From Octopus vulgaris (Eukaryota): a DNA stretch of 64,000 nucleotides. The number at the start of each line of letters is the position of its first letter. The first letter of the stretch is position 1. The DNA is taken from positions 40,424,001 to 40,488,000 of the forward strand of contig OX597814.1 in the NCBI GenBank assembly GCA_951406725.2, read 5' to 3'. A program made the translations under genes and the position numbers. The notes beneath the pieces were generated by a model. That model saw nothing but the letters and a program-made list of their open reading frames with translations. It was not told the DNA's origin and did not search any database. Positions 30,150 to 42,985 of this stretch are shown in pieces.

Positions 30150-30618
30150 TTTACTTTATTACTAATTACTCTCTTCCAAGAACATTTTCACTCACTCTTA
30201 GCTCTTAGCTTCCCATACATTTTACTCATGTTTCTATCAGCGTCATAGACAGAATACTTTCACTTTAGTCTTCCTCAAATCACTCTGTCGCTATTTACTT
30301 TCATTTTATTCGTTGCCCACTGTGTGTGTGCGTTTGCGTGTGGTGTAAACCAGACTAAGAAAAGCATTTGACACACACACCAGAATGTGAGTTTTCTGTA
30401 AATTTTGCTTAATTGGAGTTTAAATTTTAAAAACTGGACCTGGCATGACGCGATGCATTGTACTCTTAAAACTGCTAGGTAAATTGTAATTGAAGAAATC
30501 CTATATTGTAGATTTGTATAACTCCCAAAGGGAGGCAGATAAAATCTGCCTTTTATAATAAGAGATATACAAACTATGCCTTCTTAATCCCGAGCAGCGC
30601 ACCGGGTATCTCTTCTAG
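30150..30618. mobile_element. Adjacent Helitron termini: 5' end of a minus-strand element at 30565 next to the 3' end of a plus-strand element at 30618
   Basis: Minus A|TCTCTTATTATAAAAGGCAGATTTTATCTGCC; plus CCCGAGCAGCGCACCGGG..CTAG|T. Left boundary approximate. Confidence 0.55.
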
Positions 30619-30635
30619 TATATGTGTGTGTATGC

Positions 30636-30689
<54 letters not shown>

Positions 30690-30913
30690 GAAATATTAAA
30701 ATTACTAAGTCTCTCTAAAGGAGATTACGGCATTGTTACTGGATATTAATAGTTATCGCTATACTAATATGGCAGTCTAAATATAAGACTAAAGATGTCG
30801 CTGATTAGCTCCAAGAGGCCAACGCCTCTAGCTAGCTATATGACACACGAACCTGCGTCCATTACAACCTTCGAACAGGGGAGGTCAGCCGCTTCACCTT
30901 GCTAGTCAGACAT

Positions 30914-30954
30914 CTGCAGACATATTTCAGGGTTTTTGCCCTTTATCAATGCAG
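30914..30954 (-). ncRNA. Minimal type I hammerhead ribozyme motif, U3-A8 variant core
   Basis: Minus: ctgca TTGATAA aggg caaaaa ccct GAAA tatg TC tgcag. Confidence 0.6.
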
Positions 30955-31327
30955 CGTAGTCAGAACCAGCAGGTGTCGCTACTGACCGTCTGATCGAAGA
31001 TTTTATTTACCTAGTTACAGTGCCATACATCCACTTTTTTCAATAATAGAAATATTAAAATTACTAAGTCACTCTAAAGGAGATTACGGCAGCGTTACCG
31101 GATATTAATAGTTATCGCCATACTAATATGGCAGTCTAAATATAAGACTAAATCTGTGCCTCATTAGCTCCAAGAGGCCACCGCCTCTAGTTATCTATAT
31201 GACACACGAACCTTCGTCCATTACAACCTTCGAACAGGGGAAAACAAGTAGATGTATTCCACTGTAACTAGGTAAATAAAATCTTCGAACAGACGGTCAG
31301 TAGCGACACCTGCTGGTTCTGACTACG

Positions 31328-31368
31328 CTGCATTGATAAAGGGCAACAACCCTGAAACATGTCTGCAG
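31328..31368 (+). ncRNA. Minimal type I hammerhead ribozyme motif, U3-A8 variant core
   Basis: ctgca TTGATAA aggg caacaa ccct GAAA catg TC tgcag; palindromic stem III acatgt; GUC site. Confidence 0.7.
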
Positions 31369-31541
31369 ATATCTGACTAGCAAGGTGAAGCGGCTGACCT
31401 CCCCTGTTTGAAGGTTGTAATGAACATAGGTTCGTGTGTCATATAGCTAGCTAGAGGCAGTGGCCTCTTGGAGCTAATCAGCGACAGCTTTAGTCTTTTA
31501 TTTTGACTGTCATATTAGTATAGCGATAACTATTAATATAT

Positions 31542-31611
<70 letters not shown>

Positions 31612-31612
31612 C

Positions 31613-31668
31613 ATGTTTCTGGCTTTATTGGACAGTTTATATCAACTGTCCAATAAAGCCAGAAACAT
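31613..31668. repeat. Perfect 25-bp hairpin with a 6-nt loop
   Basis: atgtttctggctttattggacagtt / aactgtccaataaagccagaaacat. Confidence 0.95.
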
Positions 31669-31947
31669 ATGTCGCGCTAAATCCTTTGCATCCTGTTTTT
31701 CTTTTGATAAAGACACCCTATCACCTACACCACTAACTGGCATATACAGGTGCTTACAGTTATCAAGTATTCACCCTGAATTTTAAATATATACATACAT
31801 ACACACACACAAACATACATATGTATATATTCTGAGCAGCATAGGAGACTTGCGTGTTTGTGCCTCTGACAGAGGGTTATCCTAGTGTGCATCATGTACC
31901 AGAAGACCTCGTTGTTGGCTGGACTGGCGATATGTTTGACATACGAT

Positions 31948-32212
31948 GTGGGTCCTTTCACATGGTGTAATAGATGCATTAGATTGTAGCACTTTGAGTA
32001 GTTGAGATGGAAAACAAAGACTCAGGCAAGTGTGTCTGATTTCTTGATTTCCGGATAATGTGTGGGTGCTCCCAGTGCACGTTTTTTTTCAATTGTTTTG
32101 GTACGAGGTATACAATTGTGGAATTCATTTCATAGCAGCCCTGTAGCAAATTTACCATCTTGAGAGAGCTTGAAATATGCTGTGTGTGTAGTATTTTGGG
32201 GACCTTCCATTT
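31948..32212 (-). mobile_element. Helitron Rep/Helicase coding fragment (decayed)
   Basis: PQNTTHTAYFKLSQDGKFATGLL*..EIKKSDTLA*VFVFHLNYSKCYNLMHLLHHVKGPTSY resembles the RepHel TTLTAFF..GRVYTVHP..FYLRLLLHHVRGPTSF block. Confidence 0.7.
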
Positions 32213-32322
32213 GTAGTTGGATTGTATGTGTCAATGTGGTGTATGTGAGATGGAGAACAATAGCACGGTTGTTATGGTCTTGCCCAAGGAGAAGCACATC
32301 TTTTCCATTTACTGTTGGTGCA

Positions 32323-32416
<94 letters not shown>

Positions 32417-32421
<5 letters not shown>

Positions 32422-32900
32422 TATTCAAAAGGAATGAACCGATTTAATTACGCAATATTTTAATAAGGGAAGGCAATAGTAAATGGAAAAGCTGTGCTTC
32501 TGGTTGGGCAAGACCATAACCACCGTGCTATTGTTCTCCATCTCACAGACAGCACATTGACAGATACAATCGAACTACAAGTGATATATAAGTCACAAGT
32601 ATTAACTCGCAATCAAAGAGCATTTCCTGTTTTACGGGTGTTCGATGTGGCGCCGACCTCTAACATGGGAAACATCACTTCAATAAAAAGATTCCTCTAT
32701 GTGCTTCGCCTGCGAGTTCCCAAGACCTCACCGTGTGTGATTCTTTTCTTGTGGGGATATGTAGAAGATCGCATTTATGTTCCACAGCTACCCACTCACC
32801 TCGTTGACTTAAAGCATCGAATAACAACAGCGATAAACTCAGTGGATCGTGATATGCTGATACGCGTCTCGGAGGAATTCTTTTATCGCATCGATGTGTA
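32417..32900 (+). mobile_element. Deleted Tc1/mariner derivative (DUF4817-type C-terminus)
   Basis: FLWGYVEDRIYVPQLPTHLVDLKHRITTAINSVDRDMLIRVSEEFFYRIDV; begins directly after (TA)n. Confidence 0.8.
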
Positions 32901-33487
32901 TATCTTGATGTGTAGTCTTATGTGTTTGTGCATGTGTCTTTGTGTGTTATGTGTATGTTTGTGCTTCAATGTGAATGTTTGTGAGTGTGAGTGTATGAGT
33001 GTACGTCTGTTAGCGCATATGCATTACAGCGGGTAGGGAGGCTACTGGGAATGTTGGAAATTGAGAATATCGGAGATTGAAGACGAATACATTTCTAATT
33101 TTGTTATCTGAGCCTCCAAAGAAAATCAATATTACTTGGCTTGTTAGTTCGTATTGACAGAGTACTGATTATTTATAAGAATTACATACCAAGCTTATTT
33201 GAAAGAGCCATTACGCTAGGGCGTTTCTTATGTTTACAAGGTATACGTTATGGATATTTACATAATATTAGGTAGTATTAACTTCTGTAAGCGTCTTTGA
33301 TGTCTTGTATAATCAGTAGTGGATAAATAAACTTCTTAATCATTTTGTTAATTGTTTCCATTCTAATTAGGGTGGCTAATATGCACATAACTGCGAATAT
33401 ATATGTATGTATCTGTATGTATGTGTGTATGCGTGTATGTATATGTATGTATAATTTTTTTTTCTCCGCAATTAGCGTGTATATTAG

Positions 33488-33594
<107 letters not shown>

Positions 33595-33732
33595 GAGAGA
33601 GACAGTCAAAGAGAGATAGAGAGAGATACATTCATCTGTACATAAGTATACGTATATTGCACACAAACGCTCACGCATAATTGCATATGTGTGCTTGTAT
33701 TTTATGTCTACGTATATATATATATATATATT

Positions 33733-33821
<89 letters not shown>

Positions 33822-34585
33822 GTGTGTATGTGTGCGTGTGTGTTTGTGTGTATGTCTCTCTGTCTGTCTGTCTGTGTGTATTTACATCTATGTGTGTGTG
33901 TGTGCCTATGTATATATCTGTTTGCATCTGTACATGAGAGCGTTTCATTTAATCCTAACACAATATCAATATTTAGTGTATGATGACAATATCTATAGAA
34001 AACAATGTCATTGGGGAAATCTTATCCCAGATGAATGCGAATATTGTGCATATATGAATAGTTCAAATCGGATTGTCGTTATAAGGTAAACATTGATTAT
34101 TTCCTCACAATTATTATACATACAAACAAAAGTTTAAAACATCTAAAAGAGTCTACCGATGACTTACTTTTCCACTTTAATAATGGTAGTGAATAGAAGG
34201 GTGTATCTTTTATTAAGCATTCATTACAAAGAAAGTTGGATTACATCGTAGTTTCTTAGCATCGGAAAGTACCTGATGATTTTAGAGCGAATATGTGGGA
34301 GATAAAAATAATGTATATATCAGAAATCAACTAATCTGCCGTGTTTTAACTAGGAAATAAATACTGGAAGATATGACAGTACTAAAAAATTGTGTTCTGT
34401 TGGGATACACGCTTTTAATATTTAATATATTTGCAACAAAATTATTTGAAATGCCATATATTGTTTGAGATTTAGAGCAAACGGGAAAAACACGTTTTAG
34501 ATCATACAGTGTCATGAATACTACAATAATATTCCCGTAAGTTTTAAGTACATAAATACGTATACATGTCCGTATATGTGCATGC

Positions 34586-34639
<54 letters not shown>

Positions 34640-34640
<1 letters not shown>

Positions 34641-34780
34641 GTGTTGTGCACAGGTAACCAAAACGCTAGTTTCGCTAACCGTTAAGGCGTTAATTAAAAA
34701 TGTTAGCTTCGCAACTCTTAACTACTAAACTGATAATCAAAAATTAGCGGAAGCTAACGCCGATGACTTGCGAAATTTTA
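34640..34780 (+). mobile_element. Possible hAT-like terminal/subterminal region
   Basis: tagtgttgtgcac start followed by clustered gctaac/cgtta/ttagc motifs; no partner end found. Confidence 0.3.
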
Positions 34781-35079
34781 TCATATGAATTTAGTTTCGG
34801 TTTGGATTACTGGCACTAAAACCCTTAAAAGCAGACCTGAATAGCTGACGTTTTCACCTCGCTTAGACATAACGCTTTGCAACACAATATAGCAAACCAA
34901 GTTCAGATAATGATCAAAGTAAAGCAAATAATTAACTGAACACATGAAATTAAACGTTATTATTCAGGCATCTTACAGTTGATTTACTGTAAAAACAAAA
35001 AGAATTAAACTCATTAAAAATGTATAGAATATCATAACTATCATGCCAATGTCTGATGATGATCAAGGTGTACGACTCT

Positions 35080-35325
35080 GGATAGGCCTTCTCATTTATC
35101 TTTCCAAACGCCCTCATATTCAACACGGAGGCCTACATTACGTGCCTGGAGAATGTAGTGCTGTCGTGGCTGAAGAGAGTGGCTGCTGCAAGACTCTAGG
35201 TCTGGCGTTAGGACTCTGCATCATGCCATACAAGCAGGAGAAACAATCATGTCTGTCAGACGACTTCTGTGACCACATCACCCTAACATTTGGACATGTA
35301 ACTCACCTGACTGCAAGCTGCTTGC
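35080..35325 (+). mobile_element. maT/DD37D-like transposase catalytic fragment
   Basis: FIFPNALIFNTEAYITCLENVVLSWLKRVAAARL*VWR*DSASCHTSRR..SDDFCDHIT..NIWTCNSPDC. Confidence 0.8.
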
Positions 35326-35815
35326 CTGCAATACGCTAGACATTATTAACATATGCATTTCTGGAGTCGGCTTTGTGGTTAAGTCTTCTGTTACTTTCAG
35401 CTTTATTCAAAATCCCATCTATATGTGTCACTCTATTCTTTATGTACGTCCCAATTCATTTATATAGTGTGCTAAATTTTTTAAAATGACACCCTACTTC
35501 CAGCAGACAGAAAAATTCATTTGATGCAAAAACATCTTAGTTGTCTTCAATTGAAAAATATGCCAAATGTAGAAACTTTGCAAGGCGTACTTGACTAAAC
35601 TGATGTTCGAAATTGGAATAAAATTTCTGAGAAAGAAAAACGCACTCTCACAAAATTTCTCAGATGTCAACATGGCTGTATATTTGTTGCAAGCAAATTT
35701 CAGAACGAGTGGGTTACATACCCATATTTCTTATATACCCAAGCTTGGCGATTTCAGTTTTGATTTCAAGTTTGTTCCAATTGAAGAGTATTACAGCAGC
35801 ATATTCCAAATGAGA

Positions 35816-35906
35816 AACATCTAAACTCTTTAAATAAAGTAAATATGTAACATCTAAACTCTTTAAATAAAATAAATGAGTTACCTCTAAACTCTTTAAA
35901 TAAAAG
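35816..35906. repeat. 33-bp tandem repeat, ~3 copies
   Basis: aacatctaaactctttaaataaa.. at 35816, 35849 and 35882. Confidence 0.85.
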
Positions 35907-36379
35907 GGATCGCCATTCGAAACAGTATTATTGACTTAAGTACACAAAGAGATACTCACTACAAACGGAATTTCTAAACTAAATGCTATAATGTTGCAGT
36001 CTAGATCGGTCATTCATACGTTCCTCCTAGTTCAACATTACTTCTCTTAGCTTAGCACATCACTCTTAACATCCTACTACGGTGTCACCCTCTCACAACT
36101 CTCTCTACTAAGCTAGACATATCGCACCGTTGTGCACAGAAATTGTACCTCTTGAAACCTATTTATGCAACATAAACAAAATTCTGCACTATTTGATTGA
36201 TTACTGATAAGCAATTAATCTCGTGTCAGAACATTCGAAGACGCCTAATCTAGCTGGTTACTAATCATAATAGAATTTGCCAAAGAAAGTTGATTTGTGT
36301 AAAAGTAATGGATGTTGAAAAACGAGCCAAAATTCTGGACCGATATTGAACAACAAACCTTATTCCTTCTTGAGCTAAT

Positions 36380-37260
36380 TGAAGAAAGCAAACTAATACA
36401 TGGGAAAATGCAAGCAAGAGAAATATTCTTAAGTTTATAAACCTGGAAATGTACAGGACGCCTTATTTCACTCAGAAAAGTTGAGGACAACTTATTATAT
36501 CTGGTAAAGTTCAGAACAAGAACTTTTTTACTGAAAATATTGCGACTATCAATAAAATTTCAAATAAAATATTTAGATTTAGAACAGGTTAGCTTTTATC
36601 AAAACTAAAAATTTTATTACTTCTATTTGTTATTGTTACTGCTATTAAAAATTTGAAAAATAACTCAATTAAAAGTCTTTTTGCACCTTAATTTTTTAAG
36701 TATAAATTGACTTTTTAAAATAGGTTATAGGGATAATAATAGTTCGTAATTATTTACTAGAATGAGCAGAATAATACAAATATTAGTTGTGTATTACAGT
36801 AAAATCTGTTTATAACAACAAATTCACAGTAAAATATGTTTGAGTTAATACCTAAGTAATTGCCCAGTCTCCACATTTTTATTCTTGACCCAATGCTTAT
36901 TTTTACATGATGAGTTGTCCTACCATATATACTATTCTTCTTTGCACATGACTTTAGGTATATTAGTACTTCTGGTCGTCATTTTTTATGTATTCTAGGG
37001 TGTCAATATTTTAACAAAATTATAATTTCTTTTTTCATTATAATGTTACTTGTTAAATTTAAATCAAATCACTTTAAATATTCAAATTTATTCTACGCTG
37101 CAATATTTGAAGTAAAAAACAACTCTGGTTCTATAATTTACCAGATGTAATAACTTGTCCTGAACATTTCTAATAGTAATAACTTGTCCAAATTTATAAT
37201 CCTAAAGATATTATTTCCCTTGCGGTGTCGTTGATAATTTATTCCGTACATCAAAAATGC
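36380..37260. mobile_element. Old MITE-like element with long degenerate inverted arms
   Basis: gaggacaacttattatatctggtaaagttcagaac..aatattgc (36480-36545) is reverse-complementary to gcaatatt..tttaccagatgtaataacttgtcctg (37099-37162); outer limits uncertain. Confidence 0.55.
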
Positions 37261-38625
37261 CGCTGACATATATTAAAAAGCCCTTATATAACTATATTGA
37301 TATACAAATTTTGAACTATATTATGATCATAAAATTTGAGAGACAAACATTTATATCTTTTTTCTCTTTTAAAATTTCATTGCATGAGATTGATACCATG
37401 AAATTTTTCGAATTGATCTGTATCATTTAACGTTAATTGAAATATAGCGTGTTTTCTAAATAAAAAAGTTAATTATATTTCAAACCAATTTTTGCCTTAT
37501 TTATATTTTTAGGTCAAAATGTAGCTATAGACCATTCCTCTTCAAAAATGTTAACATTTTCAATTTGATTAAGAAATGAATTAGCGACAAAGCTCCGAAG
37601 ATGCTGCATGTGAGTAAATTGAGGCCTTAAGAATATTATTACTCTTCTACCGTAATTGAATGATAAGACATCCGTGATGCAGTCGCCGGTAGTATGTTGG
37701 AGTTATTTTGCAATGATAGTGTCTTCATCGTAAGGGTACTCCTAAGAATTATCTTTCAGAAAAGTAAACGTGGGCAATAGAACCCGTGTTCCAAAGAGAC
37801 AGGAATGCTAACTAGCAACTATCAGGTAATTTTGTTTCTTGGAACAAATGTTCCACACCATAGAAGTAGAACAATCCCAAATAAAATAATGTTGTTTCAG
37901 AAGATTTAATTCTAAATTGCAGATATTAAAATTTACATGAAGCAATATCTGGCTTTAAAACTCCAGAAATGTTTCATCAGAGCATACCTGACAAAATACG
38001 ACGCTTACTACAATGTTTCCAAAGGGACAGATCTACCCACATGATGTTCAGTTCAATTGTTTACTTAGACATTATATGTGCCAGTGCCCACGCACGTGTC
38101 TGTCTGTATGTCTATGTATATATGTATATATATTCACACACATTAATATATTATATATAATTTCAGTTTTGCAGTGTATTACTCCACATAGGATAACATG
38201 ATAGTGCAAATATACACAATTAACAGCATGGGGCAGAAAACCTTGCTATTCCAAAATTACTTCTTTATCTTGGTTACATATATCTCGCCCATATGCCTAC
38301 AGAAATGTATAGAAAATTTGATTGGCAATCTTGTAATAATTAGCATTTCTATAAAATATCATTTTAAGATAACTCGAAGCAAGATAATATCCATAACCAA
38401 AATTGTGTTTTTCTCGGTATTTTTTCCTCACATTTTTCGGTTTTAATTCATGTCTCATACTTATTTGTTAGAATGTTTGCAAATCTATGGAAAACATATA
38501 CAAGAATATTGACAATGCAATATAGAAGTAGAAGTTAATGGCTAAGATTGAACATTTAATTTGTATTCAGATACAAATCTTACAGACATACATTCTCAGT
38601 TTTGACCGAGTAAAGTAACAATAGG

Positions 38626-38626
<1 letters not shown>

Positions 38627-38665
<39 letters not shown>

Positions 38666-38680
38666 TTATGTATCTATCTC

Positions 38681-38723
<43 letters not shown>

Positions 38724-38763
38724 CTCTATCTATATATCTATATATCTGTCTATCTATCTATCG

Positions 38764-38802
<39 letters not shown>

Positions 38803-38871
38803 ACTCTATCTCTCTCTATCTATCGATCTATATATCTATCTCTCTATATATCTATCTATCTATCTATCTCA

Positions 38872-38903
<32 letters not shown>

Positions 38904-38908
38904 GTCTG

Positions 38909-38982
<74 letters not shown>

Positions 38983-39058
38983 ACGCTCTATCTCTCTCTA
39001 TCTATCGATCTATATATCTATCTCTCTATCTCTCTCTCTATCTATCTATCTCACTCTC

Positions 39059-39115
<57 letters not shown>

Positions 39116-39172
39116 ATATCTATCTATCTATCTATCTATCTATCTCTCTCTCTCTCTATCTATCTATCTATA

Positions 39173-39211
<39 letters not shown>

Positions 39212-39216
39212 ATTTA

Positions 39217-39282
<66 letters not shown>

Positions 39283-39325
39283 ACTATCTATCCATCTATT
39301 TATCAATCTATCTATATCTTTATCT
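38627..39325. repeat. Long compound (CTAT)n microsatellite with internal higher-order duplication
   Basis: Direct reading; a variant block ..tatcgatctatatatc..tcactctctc occurs at ~38800 and ~38985. Confidence 0.95.
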
Positions 39326-39646
39326 GTCTATATATCCATGTAATTAATTGTTGCTCCAATTGCATATATTCACAACAATCTATATATGGAGACGTGTGGT
39401 TTGTGTTCATGTTTTTCAGTATGCATAATGTGTATGCTTCTGTATATAATTCAACTACCAACGCACCCATAATCGTGCAATATGCATACAAGCAAACGCA
39501 AACTTACCTTCTTTTCCGAGATGAGTAAATTAACTGCACGCGCACGCACACACACACGCGCGCACATTTATATGTGCATATATTTAAACTTACTTGCAAA
39601 TGGATGAGTGGCGTTCAATTAAATAATAATATAAATACTAAATATG

Positions 39647-39711
<65 letters not shown>

Positions 39712-39713
<2 letters not shown>

Positions 39714-39932
39714 GGAAAGTTTACAACAATAAAGAAAAGTCGAAAGCAGGTGGCGTACAAGACAAACAGATGTATTAGTATAGCGCTCAGGAGTAGAAAA
39801 AGTATTTTGCGTTTCGAGCCTACGCTCTTCTACAGAAAGGTACATAGAAAAAACAAGGAGAGAAACAAGGAGAGAAAAAAAGAAAGAAAAAAAGGAGAGT
39901 AAAAAGGAGAGAAAAATGTATGTAGTGGCTAA

Positions 39933-39935
<3 letters not shown>
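39712..39935 (-). mobile_element. Short pLTR-like repeat in (TA)n with a degenerate hammerhead-like motif
   Basis: Minus: ccttt ctgtaga a gagc gtag gctc gaaa cg ca aaa; homologous to 26853-27022. Confidence 0.7.
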
Positions 39936-40003
<68 letters not shown>

Positions 40004-40073
40004 TTGTAGGATACCGCACGAGTGGAAATATATATGAAAAAAAAATTTCAAAATGCAATTTTAAAGATGTTCA

Positions 40074-40120
40074 TTTACTTGACCTGTTTCACTTTTTAGA
40101 AAATCATTGTCAAAAGTAAA
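40074..40120 (-). ncRNA. Candidate type I hammerhead motif, U3-A8 core, in a ~270-bp insert (40001-40268) within (TA)n
   Basis: Minus: tttactt TTGACAA tg-atttt ctaa aaagt GAAA cagg TC aagtaaa; perfect 7-bp stem I, weak stem II. Confidence 0.5.
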
Positions 40121-40266
40121 ATATGAAGTTTGTGTAAGCTTTGCTGTGTTAAGTACTGGTTGTCAGAAAATAAATAAAGTACAGTTATACATTCTTTAAT
40201 AATAGTAACAAAATTTCAAATTCACTAATAATAGTAACAAAATTTCAAATTCACGTTTGTTTGGTA

Positions 40267-40360
<94 letters not shown>

Positions 40361-40369
40361 ATATATAGA

Positions 40370-42985
40370 AGGAGATATATGTAAATAATGAAGAGGAACT
40401 CACCTACCTTACTAACAATTTCTGTCTTCTGTGTAGCTAAGGAATGTTTGCTACTTTAAGGGGCAGTGTGGAAGCTTGGTTGGGGAAGGTCGTAGTTAGA
40501 GTAATGTGGAATCAAAAGAGTTTTTCTGTTTCTGGGCTAGTCTGTCATGGTTCAGCTGGTTTTCCGACTGGTGTTAGAGGCCAGAATTGTGTGAGTTTAT
40601 GTGTCTCTGTGCACGTCTCTATTGGCGTTTGTATGTGGGGGCTGTTTTTGGTAGGTCCTAGAGTTTATATGAGCCTGTGTGTGTTTTATATTTGGTAGGA
40701 TGGTGTGTGCATGTGTGTGCACGTTTGCGTGTGTGTGTGCATGTGTGTGATTAGATTTTATCAGTGTGTTCTTTGTGCCCATGTGTGTATGTGTTTGTTC
40801 GGGTGTGTGTATGTGTGCGTGTGTATGCGTGTGTATGTTTGTGTATTTTGTGTTGGTGGGGTTGTTATATGTGTGTACGTGAGTGTGTTTGTATCTCTGC
40901 CTGTTTATATTTATGTTGTCATAATTGTCCTTGTGGTATATGTGTGCGCGTAAGCAACCATACGTGTGTGTGAGGGTATGTAGGTATATGTGGGCGTGTA
41001 TGTGCTTGTGTCTTGTATTTATCAGGGGTTCTGTGCGAGCCCTTGTGTGTTAGGATTATCCGGGTGGTGTGTATGTATGTGCATGTTGGTACTGATTATA
41101 CGCTTGTGTATTGTGTATATATGTGAGTGTGGTTTATATAGTTTCCGTGTGTGTGAGTGTGTGTGTGTGTGTGTTTGCACATGTGTGTGCTGTATTTGGG
41201 AGTGATTTGTTTTGTTTGTATTGTTAGTGCAGGGTGTGTGCATACGTGTGCGTGTGTTTGTATGAGTGTGTCTATGTGTCTTGTATTTGTCGGGAAGGTT
41301 TGTGTCATTGTTTGTGTGCATGCTCGTATGTATGTGTGTATGTCTGTGTATTTCTGAGTGTTTGTTGTGATTATTGGGATTTTATTCTGTGCATGCGTGT
41401 GTTTGTTTCTTTAGAGTGTGTGTGTGTGTGATTTTTTATTGGGGAGCGTGCCTGTTGTGTTTGTGTGTGTGAGTGTACATATATGTGTATATAAGCGTGT
41501 GTGTTTGTGTGGGTTGTGTTGTAATTGCGCGTGTGTGTGTATCTGTGTATGTGTGGGTGTGTTTGTGTGAATGGTATTTGTAATAGTGTGGGTGGAGTGT
41601 GCAGGTCTGTGCATCTAAGTGCTTACGTATGTGTGTATGTGTATGAGTGTTGGTTATGGTCCAGAATCGTATTGCAAGTGTATATATATATATGTGATAT
41701 TTCTTGTAATGTGTGTGGGTTTGTGCACTACTGTGGGAATATTGCATTTTTGCGTGTGTGTATATGTATGCATGTGTGTTTGCGTGTGAGGTTTGCACTG
41801 TTTTTGCGTGTGGGTGATTTTGTAAATATGTATGTGTTACTGTGTGTGTTTGTTATGAGAGTGTACCTTGGAGTATGTTGAGTTGTGGTCTGTATTTTGA
41901 ATAAGCTTATTTTCCATTTTTATTCATGTTTTGTCAGTAGTGTTGTGGGAGTTGGCATAGTAGGAAAAATTGGCGGTGGACTATCATCCTTCCTCTGAGA
42001 GTAACGCCCGTTTGCCCTATGTAATCTTTGTGACACACTTCACACCTAATGGCATAAGGTAGATTCATTGATGTGCAGGTGAAGTTATTTGTTACGACAA
42101 AACTGTGTCCCGACTGCAATCTGTATATTGTTACTTAGATGAGATGCAAGTACTTCAGTTCGAACGACCTCATTCTTTGACGGTGATTGGTGGGCTTGTG
42201 TTGGGTAATATTGCATTGGTGAGTAGCTTTTTAGGGATTTGGGTTATCTTTTGATTTTTATTATCTTATGCGTTTCAAGTGATTTTTGTAGTCGTGGATC
42301 TTGACTCAGTAGTGGGGTGTTCTTGTATATTATTGTGTAAGCTTCTGCATTTCTTAGATTGTGTGCTGAGAGATATGGGAGACTATTTAATGTACTGTGA
42401 GTATGGCTCGGTTTTCGTAAGTCTTGGGTAGTGATTGTCTTGGCCCGTTCTATTCCATTGTCAACTAATGATGCTGCGTAATGGTTTTCGAGAAAAATTG
42501 CCTTTAGTCCCTAGAGTCTTTTATTTCGCGTTCTATAATTTGAGACAATTGTACAGATTCTCCTCGCTAGGCTGAAAGGCATGTTTGTCTTCGCGTGCTT
42601 TGGGCGATTGGATGTGAACAGACGGTATTGTATGGAATCAGTTGGTTTGTAGTGGACATCAGTTTCATTGTTGGTGTCGCTTTTAAAATAAGAATGTCAA
42701 GAAAAGGACGTTGGTTTGACTATATTTCATTGTAAATTGGATATGGTTTTTGATACTGTCGCTTAAGTATTTGAAATCCTTGATTTGTTCGAATGTGTGG
42801 GTCCATAGAATGAGTCAATCGTCCAAGTAGCCTTTCCAATTCTCCAACAGGTGTTTGTTGAAAGACAGGCCGTGTTTTGATTTGGACTCTTCATAAATTA
42901 GTAATTCTAGATAGGCCATCATCAGGTTTGCATAAGTAGGGTCAACTTTAGTGCCCATTGAGGTCGCTGATATCTGACAAAAACC
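40370..42985 (-). mobile_element. 5'-truncated Penelope-like retroelement (RT, thumb, GIY-YIG, long TG/CA-rich 3' region)
   Basis: QISATSMGTKVDPTYANLMMAYLE..WKGYLDD; FLDILI; TDVHYKPTDSIQY..PFSLARRICTIVS; FTCTSMNLPYAIRCEVCHKDYIGQTGVTLRGRMIVHRQ. Confidence 0.9.

Larger units (their letters stand above)
30686..31540. mobile_element. Penelope pLTR / retrozyme-like composite: 359-bp unit, partial direct repeat and inverted copy, within (TA)n
   Basis: agaaatattaaaattactaagtc starts at 30689 and 31048; ~31250-31540 is the reverse complement of ~30750-31035. Confidence 0.85.

Noticed and set aside
40395-40450. Hammerhead at the Penelope 3' end (gaaattgttagtaagg on the minus strand)
   Set aside because: A possible stem I exists but the CUGANGA and stem II portion is missing.
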